From positions 1 through 41,063 of IMG/VR virus record IMGVR_UViG_3300009177_000029: a DNA stretch of 41,063 bases; one strand, 5' to 3'. Positions 1 to 8,065 of the stretch are shown piece by piece. The notes below the pieces were generated by a model. It made no database searches and was not told the origin of the DNA. It was given only the letters and a program-made list of their open reading frames with translations. This DNA comes from a virus. Its lineage: Duplodnaviria > Heunggongvirae > Uroviricota > Caudoviricetes. A program made the translations under genes and the position numbers. Position 1 is the stretch's first letter; every line of letters begins with the position of its first letter.

Positions 1-102
1 CCACAAGAGTGGATAGACGCGTTCCATGCAGGTCTCAAGAACGACTGGCAGACGTTCGACAGTGTGCTAGGACTATGGGAGCTTTCTAAAGCAAAGGACT
101 GA
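1..102 (+). CDS. 3' end of a hypothetical protein (partial), probable paralogue of 3301..3816
   Basis: Frame 1 reads PQEWIDAFHAGLKNDWQTFDSVLGLWELSKAKD*, and the stop abuts the ATG at 103. Confidence 0.7.
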   Translation, partial: PQEWIDAFHAGLKNDWQTFDSVLGLWELSKAKD

Positions 103-624
103 ATGGACAATAACACACTACGCGTAATGACTTCTTCGAAGAACGAGCACTGGTGCACGCCTAACGTCATTCTTCAACCCATGAGACAGCACCTTGGTCC
201 TATTCTTTTGGACCCGTGCTCAAATCCAGGCAGCATCGTTCAAGCAGCTAGGTCTTTCTGCGGACCTATTGCTGGCGACTTGGACGGCCTTGCTGAGACG
301 TGGCAGTACAACGGCCTGGTGTATGTGAACCCGCCGTATGGTCGCAAGATCAAGCCGTGGATCAAGAAGTGTTCCGACGAAGGTGCGCTCGCCAAGAAAG
401 CTCAGAATGGAACTGAGATTGTTCTTCTGGGTCCGGCGCGTACAGATACGAAGTGGTTCCAGCGCATTATACTACCGACTGCGGACGCTGTGATTCTTTG
501 GGAAGGTCGCCTCAAGTTCGAAGGCGCCAAGGACCCGGCAGTATTCCCGTCGTTCCTCGCGTATTGGGGTCATCGTCCTACGAAGTTCAAGGTAGCGTTT
601 GTTGGAAAGGGTTGGCCAATATGA
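103..624 (+). CDS. dam: Phage DNA N6-adenine methyltransferase (Dam-like, PF05869 type)
   Basis: HWCTP, LDPC, VYVNPPYG catalytic motif, PARTDTKWF, GRLKF..A.FPS. Confidence 0.9.
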   Translation: MDNNTLRVMTSSKNEHWCTPNVILQPMRQHLGPILLDPCSNPGSIVQAARSFCGPIAGDLDGLAETWQYNGLVYVNPPYGRKIKPWIKKCSDEGALAKKAQNGTEIVLLGPARTDTKWFQRIILPTADAVILWEGRLKFEGAKDPAVFPSFLAYWGHRPTKFKVAFVGKGWPI

Positions 625-902
625 TTTGGTTAGTGCCTGTCATCTACATCCTCGTGATGATCTGCACCTTCCTAGGGTTTGCCTGGTTTAGTGATAGCAA
701 CGAACCAGACGGTGGACATTTTCTGGGAAGTGTGTTTTGGCCAGTTACGCTACTGCTGGCGATTCCATTTCTGACGTGGGAATGGGTCTATAACGCCAGG
801 CAAGCATACAAGCGGACCAAAGAATACGAAGACAATCTTCGTATTGTCCGCGAGACAGAAGCGAAGATCGCAGCGGCCGAAGCTGGTGGGTACAGACCAT
901 GA
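621..902 (+). CDS. Small membrane protein (2 TM plus charged coiled tail)
   Basis: ATG at 621 overlaps the dam stop (ATGA). Hydrophobic segments WLVPVIYILVMICTFLGFAWF and FLGSVFWPVTLLLAIPFL. Confidence 0.75.
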   Translation: MIWLVPVIYILVMICTFLGFAWFSDSNEPDGGHFLGSVFWPVTLLLAIPFLTWEWVYNARQAYKRTKEYEDNLRIVRETEAKIAAAEAGGYRP

Positions 903-1060
903 GTCCCTGGCTCATCGCCTTCTGCATATACATGATGGTTGCTAGCATCACGTACGAAGCGATTGTGCGTGAGCAGGATTGGGTATTGTGCATTCTAGTA
1001 GCTCTTATCTGGCCAATCGTGCTGTTTCACCTCGTATATGACTATTTGATTGGAGAATAG
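899..1060 (+). CDS. 53-aa membrane protein (not in ORF track)
   Basis: MSPWLIAFCIYMMVASITYEAIVREQDWVLCILVALIWPIVLFHLVYDYLIGE*. ATGA overlap with the upstream gene; fills the gap to 1063. Confidence 0.75.
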   Translation: MSPWLIAFCIYMMVASITYEAIVREQDWVLCILVALIWPIVLFHLVYDYLIGE

Positions 1061-1062
1061 CC

Positions 1063-1260
1063 ATGGTCTTCGAATACTACTTCGTCATCCTGACCAAACA
1101 AGGTAAGTTGATTGACGTGTATGTGAAAGCTCCGTCTCCGGCTGAGGCGCTCGACAAGATCATTGACAGGTTCGATCTCGGTGGTAGTATCGCGGACTAC
1201 AAGTTCTGCATACGTCGAGAACTGTCATTGTTTCCTGAACGCTCAACCAACGAGACATGA
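1063..1260 (+). CDS. Hypothetical protein
   Basis: GGAGA SD upstream; packed in operon. Confidence 0.65.
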   Translation: MVFEYYFVILTKQGKLIDVYVKAPSPAEALDKIIDRFDLGGSIADYKFCIRRELSLFPERSTNET

Positions 1261-1884
1261 ATGAGAAACCTACTACTCGCACTGTTCGTAATCGCCATCG
1301 TCCTAGTTCCCAACTGCGCACACGCGCAACACCAGCCTCGTGTTTCACCACACTTGATTCTGGCGAGGATGTGTGCACACGAAGCCAGCCTTCCGGTGCT
1401 AGTTGACGGCGAGTGGAGACAGACACGTCACCACGACCTTGCTTGGGGAGCAGACTGCTGGATTATTCACACGGTCATTTTGCGTGGAGCCCACAGGATT
1501 CAACAAGACCATCCTGAAATGTCGCTTCCACGCGCGTACGTAATCTCAGCACAGAACTACTCACATGGTCGTATCATTCATCCTCCTGCTACTGACGGTA
1601 ACCGTTGGGCCGCCGACCTACGTCCTGATGGCAGACCTCCGGTCGGTTGGCACGGCCTCCCGTGGTCGCATATGCGGGCCTCGTGGCTCCACGTCTACGA
1701 AGTCACGGACGCGATCGTCCGGACGCCTCTAGAAGCCCTTGACGGCGGTCTAACTCCGCTCCATTGTGATGGACGCGTGGATGATTGGGGCGGACGGATG
1801 GATAGAGAACATGCTGCGGCTATTGGTCTCATCGAACTTCACTGTGAAGGTAATCCGGTCAACTTCGCGTATCGAAGACCATGA
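1261..1884 (+). CDS. Secreted protein, possibly a divergent SleB/Hydrolase_2-like cell-wall hydrolase
   Basis: Sec signal peptide MRNLLLALFVIAIVLVPNCAHA (AxA cleavage). LARMCAHEAS resembles the SleB catalytic helix (LAR..y.Ea). Confidence 0.45.
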   Translation: MRNLLLALFVIAIVLVPNCAHAQHQPRVSPHLILARMCAHEASLPVLVDGEWRQTRHHDLAWGADCWIIHTVILRGAHRIQQDHPEMSLPRAYVISAQNYSHGRIIHPPATDGNRWAADLRPDGRPPVGWHGLPWSHMRASWLHVYEVTDAIVRTPLEALDGGLTPLHCDGRVDDWGGRMDREHAAAIGLIELHCEGNPVNFAYRRP

Positions 1885-2207
1885 AACTTCCTCACGTAAG
1901 TGTACGGTTGCGGATGCACATACACGACGAGATTGTCGTAGACTTTGACCTTGACCCTGCGGAATGGGCGGACTACGGCACAGGTATGAAGCTATTGCAA
2001 GAACTAGTCAGACTGAATACAGTGGTATTTCATGATCGCGTACTAGGCCGGGTGTATGACCCAGAACGATTGCGAGCGGCAGTACAGGCAACGTTCATAC
2101 CTTTGATTGAGCGCGGAAAACTCTGGTGGGAAAACGGATACGCTTGCGTAGACGTAGAAAACCTTGAATCAATGATCTGTATACGGGAGCTAGCGAAAGA
2201 ACCATGA
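1881..2207 (+). CDS. Hypothetical protein
   Basis: ATGA overlaps on both sides. Confidence 0.7.
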   Translation: MKLPHVSVRLRMHIHDEIVVDFDLDPAEWADYGTGMKLLQELVRLNTVVFHDRVLGRVYDPERLRAAVQATFIPLIERGKLWWENGYACVDVENLESMICIRELAKEP

Positions 2208-2614
2208 TCAACTCATTCCGTGGCAAGAATCGATTTCTGTCCAACTTTTGGCCAGCACCAGTCACACTAGACGGCGTTGAGTATCCGTCCACTGAAAACG
2301 CGTACCAAGCCGCGAAGACACTGGACCTCGAATGCCGAAAGGTTTTCGAGACGTGTTCTTCGGGTGATGCCAAGAAGCTTGGCCGCCAGCTAACCGTACG
2401 CGATGATTGGAAGAACATCAGCCTTGGAATCATGTTGGACCTGAATCGACAGAAGTTCCAGGATGAAGAACTCAAGGCTAAGTTGAAGGCAACGGGCGAT
2501 CAAGAACTCGTTGAAGGCAACACCTGGGGAGACACCTTCTGGGGCGTGTGCAACGGGGTTGGTGAAAACCATCTTGGAAAGATTCTCATGCAAGTTCGGA
2601 AGGAAGTGTCATGA
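2204..2614 (+). CDS. ybiA: NADAR family protein (YbiA-like N-glycosidase / ADP-ribosyl hydrolase)
   Basis: FLSNFW, YPSTENAYQAAK, AKKLGR, KFQ, LVEGNTWGDTFWGV..GENHLGKILMQVR. Confidence 0.92.
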   Translation: MINSFRGKNRFLSNFWPAPVTLDGVEYPSTENAYQAAKTLDLECRKVFETCSSGDAKKLGRQLTVRDDWKNISLGIMLDLNRQKFQDEELKAKLKATGDQELVEGNTWGDTFWGVCNGVGENHLGKILMQVRKEVS

Positions 2615-2973
2615 CTACGCCAGAACTAGTTGTTCGCTATGAGCAGACCTACTCTGGAAGAAAGTTGCTGGGAGAGCACAATCTCTACGAAGAAGGCACC
2701 TGGCAAATCTACGGAGAAGACCCGAACTGTGACCTCGGTGGTCCGCATCACGAGCCAAACCTGGGCTTGCTCGAAGGAAAGCTTCGTGACGTGATCGAAG
2801 TCGCTGTAAACCTACCGGGCTTTTGGGCCTGGGGTGGCGGTGGACGCATCGTGAAGTATGCTGCACCCGTAGTGCGCAAAGTTGATTCGAACACGATGGC
2901 AAAGCGTGCCGCTGCTGAGAAGCGAATCACAGAACTAGAAGCGGAACTCAAGCGTTTGAAGGAACAGCTATGA
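2611..2973 (+). CDS. Hypothetical phage protein with C-terminal coiled coil
   Basis: ATGA overlaps; GEDPNCDLGG motif. Confidence 0.7.
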   Translation: MTTPELVVRYEQTYSGRKLLGEHNLYEEGTWQIYGEDPNCDLGGPHHEPNLGLLEGKLRDVIEVAVNLPGFWAWGGGGRIVKYAAPVVRKVDSNTMAKRAAAEKRITELEAELKRLKEQL

Positions 2974-3317
2974 AGGTCATCATTGCCGGCTCACGCACGT
3001 TGACGAACTACCAGACAGTGTTAGATGCTATCGCAGCTTCTGGGTTCTTCATTTCGCAAGTAGTATCTGGCGGTGCCAGTGGTGTAGACCAACTTGGTGA
3101 GCTATACGCTTTCGAGCAGGATCTATCACTCAAAGTGTTTCCTGCCAAGTGGAGCCTCTATGGCAAGGGCGCTGGACCTATCCGCAATCAAGAAATGGCT
3201 GACTATGCCGAAGCGTTGATTGCTGTGTGGGATGGTGAGAGCACGGGTACGAAGGACATGATTGCACGGGCACGAGACAAGGGTCTAGAGGTGTACGTCC
3301 ATGTTGTCTCGACGTGA
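2970..3317 (+). CDS. SLOG superfamily protein (DUF2493/YspA-like)
   Basis: KVIIAGSR, VVSGGASGVD, GKGAGPIRNQEMA, WDGESTGTKDMI. Confidence 0.88.
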   Translation: MKVIIAGSRTLTNYQTVLDAIAASGFFISQVVSGGASGVDQLGELYAFEQDLSLKVFPAKWSLYGKGAGPIRNQEMADYAEALIAVWDGESTGTKDMIARARDKGLEVYVHVVST

Positions 3318-3816
3318 AGCTGCTGAGAAGGCACAAGCTGCGGAACGTGAAGCGAACGACCAAGGGTTGATTCGTACGGTCCATCTGCTTACCTTCAAAG
3401 AGCATTTCGACCGCTTGGTACGAATCACCAACCAGAAGTATCATACTGAGTTTGGCAACTTCAAGACACACTGCATCAGCGTGCCGAACGCAGAAGCTAT
3501 TCTACGAGACGAAGATGTAAACAACTCGTATTGTAGGTCGGCACCATTCATGCCTGTGTGGGTTCTTCAACTCATTCTCATTGAACGAGAGTGGCGCAAG
3601 AATCCGTTCAAGCGTGCGGAAGATCACGACGACATAGTGGCGGCCTTCCATCAAGGGTTGCAGGGTAACCTAGATGCGGTAGAGTCCTTCTTCGGAATCT
3701 ACGATCTCAATCGCCAGTCTGACAAAGAACTCAACAGGTCTCCTGTCCAGGCAGACAATAGCGGTTGGATGACCATCAACGAAACCCGCGCAGCCAACGG
3801 AATACAACCACTATGA
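3301..3816 (+). CDS. Hypothetical protein with portal-like C-terminal peptide
   Basis: 171-aa ORF with GAGGTG SD; ends in GWMTINETRAANGIQPL. Confidence 0.7.
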   Translation: MLSRREAAEKAQAAEREANDQGLIRTVHLLTFKEHFDRLVRITNQKYHTEFGNFKTHCISVPNAEAILRDEDVNNSYCRSAPFMPVWVLQLILIEREWRKNPFKRAEDHDDIVAAFHQGLQGNLDAVESFFGIYDLNRQSDKELNRSPVQADNSGWMTINETRAANGIQPL

Positions 3817-5012
3817 ACATCCCTCAGAACGTCAAAGATATCGTGCAGTGTCTCCACAACAATGGATACGAAGCATTCATTGTTGGCGGCTGCGTGCGTG
3901 ACTTGCTTCTAGGCAAGACGCCAAACGATTGGGATATTACGACGTCGGCAACGCCACACCAGGTGATGGGTCTGTTCATGCGATCTATTCCAACCGGCAT
4001 CGACCACGGAACAGTCACAGTGCTCATGAAGGGTGAGCACTACGAAGTGACTACCTTCCGCGGAGAGGGTGCATACTCGGACGGTAGACGTCCGGATTCT
4101 GTGCGCTTTGGTGTGCCACTCCAAGAGGACTTGGCTCGCCGAGACTTCACGATCAACGCCATCGCCATGAACCCAATCACAGGCGAAACGTATGACCCGT
4201 TCAATGGCACCGAGGATCTCAACAAGCGAGTCGTACGCTGTGTCGGGAATCCACTAGAGAGGTTTGCTGAGGACGGCTTACGTGTCCTTCGCGCCGCACG
4301 GTTCTGCGCCGTGTTGGGCTTCTCATTGGATCCCAAGACTGAGGCGGCGATTCACTTCAACATCGAGACCTTCCAGAAGGTTTCTATGGAGCGAGTCTAT
4401 GCCGAGTGGCAGAAGCTGCTGACGAAGGCTGAGTATCCTTCGCGTGGTTTCGAGATCATGCAGCGCACTGGAATCCTTGAAGCTACCTGTCCTATGTTCG
4501 GCTTCGAACAGGCCAAGGAAAACTTCATGTACGCGATGGATGCCATTGACGAGCAGAGGCGCGATTTCGTGCTTCGACTTGCGTCACTCTTCCACTACGT
4601 GCGATTCACGCCTGTGCAGGTTGAGACGTGGATGCGCACATTCAAGGCTTCTAACGAAGTACGTACACGTGTCGTGCATCTACTCAACTGCTACAACCCA
4701 TGTGTCAACAACACGCCAGAAGGTTGGCGACGCTGGGCAAGCAAGGTCGGACGTGAGCACTTGGACGACGCGCTAGCACTCTACTGGACGCGTTCGACGG
4801 GAAAGGTTGTCCATGGAATCGTGGATAGTACACCCTTGTCCTTGAGCGAGCTTGCCATAAACGGCAACGACGTCCTGTCGATGGGCATCCAACCCAAGGA
4901 CGTCGGTAGATATCTTCGTGAAGCATTGGACAAGGTTCTTAGTGATCCTAGTCTTAATACTAAGGAAGACCTAACTATTCAGCGCTGTGGATTTGGTATC
5001 AACCAAACGTGA
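3813..5012 (+). CDS. cca: tRNA nucleotidyltransferase (class II CCA-adding enzyme family)
   Basis: VGGCVRD, DWDITT, EVTTFR, EDLARRDFTINA, EDGLRVLRAARF, SMERV. Start set at ATG 3813 from the ATGA overlap. Confidence 0.92.
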   Translation: MNIPQNVKDIVQCLHNNGYEAFIVGGCVRDLLLGKTPNDWDITTSATPHQVMGLFMRSIPTGIDHGTVTVLMKGEHYEVTTFRGEGAYSDGRRPDSVRFGVPLQEDLARRDFTINAIAMNPITGETYDPFNGTEDLNKRVVRCVGNPLERFAEDGLRVLRAARFCAVLGFSLDPKTEAAIHFNIETFQKVSMERVYAEWQKLLTKAEYPSRGFEIMQRTGILEATCPMFGFEQAKENFMYAMDAIDEQRRDFVLRLASLFHYVRFTPVQVETWMRTFKASNEVRTRVVHLLNCYNPCVNNTPEGWRRWASKVGREHLDDALALYWTRSTGKVVHGIVDSTPLSLSELAINGNDVLSMGIQPKDVGRYLREALDKVLSDPSLNTKEDLTIQRCGFGINQT

Positions 5013-6795
5013 AGATGACACCGCGACGCATGCGTTCAAGCGCAATGTTGCAGTAGTTCCACGAGTGAGCAAAGTGCGGGTCGCCACCTGAGTAAATCCA
5101 CTCATGGCGACCTTCACCCGTTTCCTCGTTCGTCACGTGGAAGTGCTTCACTAGACGCATGTACATGCTTTGGGCACGACGCATCACAGCTTCGGGCTCC
5201 AACAAGCGGGTCTTCTCGTTGTAGCAGATCTGCACCAAGCGGTCGGGATCTGGGCAAATCACTTCCTGCTTAGCCCAAGCACCGAGAGCGATGTCGAGCG
5301 ACAGGTAGCGACTAAGTGCACAGTAATATTTGAACTTGAGGTGAGGACCAGCCTTCTTGATGGTGATCTTCGTCTTTGGCTTGTCGGACCACAATACAGG
5401 GTCCTTGCCTTCCGAGGAGTAGAACGCAGCGAATGCACGTCCTGGGAACTCCTGACAGAACTCAAGCACCATGTCGTAGTTCGGCATTGAGTCGATGACG
5501 CACAACTGCACCTTGAACTCTTTCATGAGTTCACGCAAACGCTTGAACGGTGTGACCTTCTTGCCAGCTTCCATATACGCAGGGTTGTCTGCTTCGATAA
5601 TCTCTACATGTCGGATTCTCTTCCTTGAGTCCTTCATGTCAGCGATCGTCACGTATAGGTAGCCGCCTCCTTGATCTACACCCATCGCGCAACCAGAAGC
5701 CTTTCCAGGCTGTGCCCATTCGAGCATCGGGTCGACGCACTGGTCAAGCTGCGCCTTGGTAACGCCACGGTTCTGTTCGTCAATCCACGGCAAGCCAAGT
5801 GACGCGTTCATGAACTCGGCCTTGTTGGTCGTACGGTTGTACGTGTTCCACAAGTCCTTAAGAGGAACATACTTGGAGTTTGCACAGAGAGCGGACACAC
5901 CAAAGGTCGTGTAGTCAGCGCCAGGATTGTGCGCAACGTAACGGCCGTTCTGGGCGTCATGGATGACGTACTTGCACTTTGGGCAACGCAAGTAGAGCTT
6001 GCCACGCTTCTTGTCGTCCACAACACAGTCAGGAAAGCTACGAGCGAGGTCACAGCCATCAGGGCAGCCGCACTTGCTCATCCAAATGTGTTGTGTACCC
6101 ATCTGGAAACGTGCGTCAATGTCAGCGTCCGGGAGACCGCACGTTGACATGAAGATCTTCTGCTTGTATGGACTGTGCTGGATACGATACTGCGCCTGAT
6201 CGATTTCTGCGGGTGAGCATAGACGCACCTCGTCGAACGCGATGAAATCGAGAGGCACGGAGTCCTTGCTTGCAACACCGCCAAGGTGGAACAAGTAGAA
6301 GGAACTCTTACCGATCTTACGCAAGCCGAGCTTGTCGGTATGGTCGATTGTGCCGTTCAGCTCTGCAATCGAATCTAGGATTGGTGTGAGACGGTCCTTA
6401 GACAAGTTCTCAACACCTTCCTTCGTTGGGAAGTACAAACCTCCCTTACGCCCCTGGTGCGTGTGCAGCCAGTGGATCATACGCAACAACATGTACGTAG
6501 TAGCGCCGAGCTGAGCTGCCTTGCGCCAAACGATTTGCAAATCGTCACACATGTAGATGGGCAGCAGATAGCGGTGAGAATCGAAGTCGATTCTGTTACC
6601 ATCGATTTCTACGTTGGAAGTCTGTGTCCAGAGCGTGAAGCTGTCATTGCTTAGATGCGTCAAGTCATCCAGCGTGATGTCCTCTGGCTTGATCTTCTTC
6701 GGCAGGCGTACAATGTGTGGAAATCCGCCTACGGGTGCAGCATGTGCTGCATCCCAATCTGGATCTGGTGGCAGTGTCGTATAGTCAACACTCAT
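4999..6795 (-). CDS. Terminase large subunit, lambda gpA-like
   Basis: Walker A RKAAQLGAT, Walker B IAFDEV, motif III MST, Cys ribbon (CGC..C / CPKC), N..LGLPW, RNase H-like GVDQG, IDS, DPHFAH. Confidence 0.85.
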   Translation of the reverse strand: MSVDYTTLPPDPDWDAAHAAPVGGFPHIVRLPKKIKPEDITLDDLTHLSNDSFTLWTQTSNVEIDGNRIDFDSHRYLLPIYMCDDLQIVWRKAAQLGATTYMLLRMIHWLHTHQGRKGGLYFPTKEGVENLSKDRLTPILDSIAELNGTIDHTDKLGLRKIGKSSFYLFHLGGVASKDSVPLDFIAFDEVRLCSPAEIDQAQYRIQHSPYKQKIFMSTCGLPDADIDARFQMGTQHIWMSKCGCPDGCDLARSFPDCVVDDKKRGKLYLRCPKCKYVIHDAQNGRYVAHNPGADYTTFGVSALCANSKYVPLKDLWNTYNRTTNKAEFMNASLGLPWIDEQNRGVTKAQLDQCVDPMLEWAQPGKASGCAMGVDQGGGYLYVTIADMKDSRKRIRHVEIIEADNPAYMEAGKKVTPFKRLRELMKEFKVQLCVIDSMPNYDMVLEFCQEFPGRAFAAFYSSEGKDPVLWSDKPKTKITIKKAGPHLKFKYYCALSRYLSLDIALGAWAKQEVICPDPDRLVQICYNEKTRLLEPEAVMRRAQSMYMRLVKHFHVTNEETGEGRHEWIYSGGDPHFAHSWNYCNIALERMRRGVIFTFG

Positions 6796-6962
6796 CTACG
6801 AACCTCAGCCAATGATTCCACAGAGAAGCGACACGTGTGGTTGCCTACACGTACTTCGACCTCTTGTGTCTCAGGGAAGAGGCAAATCACTTGGTGATAC
6901 GCCTTCTTACGAGTCACACGAACTAGATCACCGAGTTGGATTACGTCAAAACGTACGCTCAT
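6792..6962 (-). CDS. Small hypothetical protein (SH3/KOW-like)
   Basis: IQLGDLVRV pattern; ATGA overlaps; GGAGG SD. Confidence 0.6.
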   Translation of the reverse strand: MSVRFDVIQLGDLVRVTRKKAYHQVICLFPETQEVEVRVGNHTCRFSVESLAEVRR

Positions 6963-7204
6963 ACTTGCCTCCAAAGAACCTCACTCTTGGCATAGATTGC
7001 TTCTACAATACCGTCGATGACACGAAGGTAGTAGCACTCATCTGTGCGATTTGATGGAATCTTGAGTTGCTTGATAGGAATCTCGTCCCAGGTTGCCAGC
7101 TTCTTGACCACTGGAACGAAGCCATGCAACTCCATGAAGTCGAGGACAGCAAAGAGTTTGTCGTTCATTGCCTTGAGTTCCTCTGCGGTCACCTCTGTGG
7201 TCAT
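6959..7204 (-). CDS. Hypothetical protein
   Basis: ATGA overlaps on both sides. Confidence 0.65.
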   Translation of the reverse strand: MTTEVTAEELKAMNDKLFAVLDFMELHGFVPVVKKLATWDEIPIKQLKIPSNRTDECYYLRVIDGIVEAIYAKSEVLWRQV

Positions 7205-8064
7205 TCGTCCACCCTCAGTTCTGGATTGGTGTCGCCTGCAATGGACCCTGCGTTAATCACAGGCTTCTTGTCAGTGTCACCCTTGAAGAATCCGGTGTGG
7301 TGGATAGCGATCTGTAGCAAGCCACCGAGTGCTGTGTTCACATCCATACCATCTGCTACACACTTGGTAGTGATAGCATCGATAGACTTCTTGAGAGCTG
7401 GCGTCATCTGAATGAAGACGTGATTACGTCCACCAAGTGGGAACACCATGAAAGAGTTTGGCACGGTCTTGCCATAGCGCTCAAACAAGACGCTGATGAT
7501 GGTGCCAAGGTCGTCGATCATCTTGACCTGGCTTACCTGTTGCTGAGAAGCCACAGCCGAGGCGATGGAGCGCTCTCTTTGCTTCTCTTGTTTGTAGAAG
7601 TTGGAGAATGCTTCGCTATCTTCGAAACCCATGCGTTCCATGATGATGTCGAGACCAAGCTGGTGCTCTGCGGTCAAACGATTGATCTCTTCGGTGAAGA
7701 GCGTACGGTCAATCTCACCGCGAACCAAGTTACGACGCACGAGTTGGATGCGGCTCTCTACTTCGTCCCAATCGTCACGAATGACACATGGGAACTCTTC
7801 CATGCCTGCGGCCTTGCCTGCTCGACGGCGGTGGTTACCGGACACGATGAAGTAGCCGGGTGTTTCGTCACGACGTGGAACGATGATGAGAGGCTCGTCG
7901 AAACCATGTGCCATGATGCTGTCAATCAGCTCTTGGTGCGTGTGCTTCGACTGCTTGTTCGTATTGTTTGGATGGTCGAACAACAACTCATCACGAACAC
8001 GAACAATCTCGTGGATCTTTGGTGCTGCCTTTGCAGCGGGTTCGATAACCTTCTTCTTGGCCAT
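7201..8064 (-). CDS. ParB/Srx N-terminal domain protein
   Basis: HPNNTN, LIDSIMAHGFDEPLIIV, IVSGNHRRRAG. Confidence 0.85.
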   Translation of the reverse strand: MAKKKVIEPAAKAAPKIHEIVRVRDELLFDHPNNTNKQSKHTHQELIDSIMAHGFDEPLIIVPRRDETPGYFIVSGNHRRRAGKAAGMEEFPCVIRDDWDEVESRIQLVRRNLVRGEIDRTLFTEEINRLTAEHQLGLDIIMERMGFEDSEAFSNFYKQEKQRERSIASAVASQQQVSQVKMIDDLGTIISVLFERYGKTVPNSFMVFPLGGRNHVFIQMTPALKKSIDAITTKCVADGMDVNTALGGLLQIAIHHTGFFKGDTDKKPVINAGSIAGDTNPELRVDE

Positions 8065-8065
8065 T

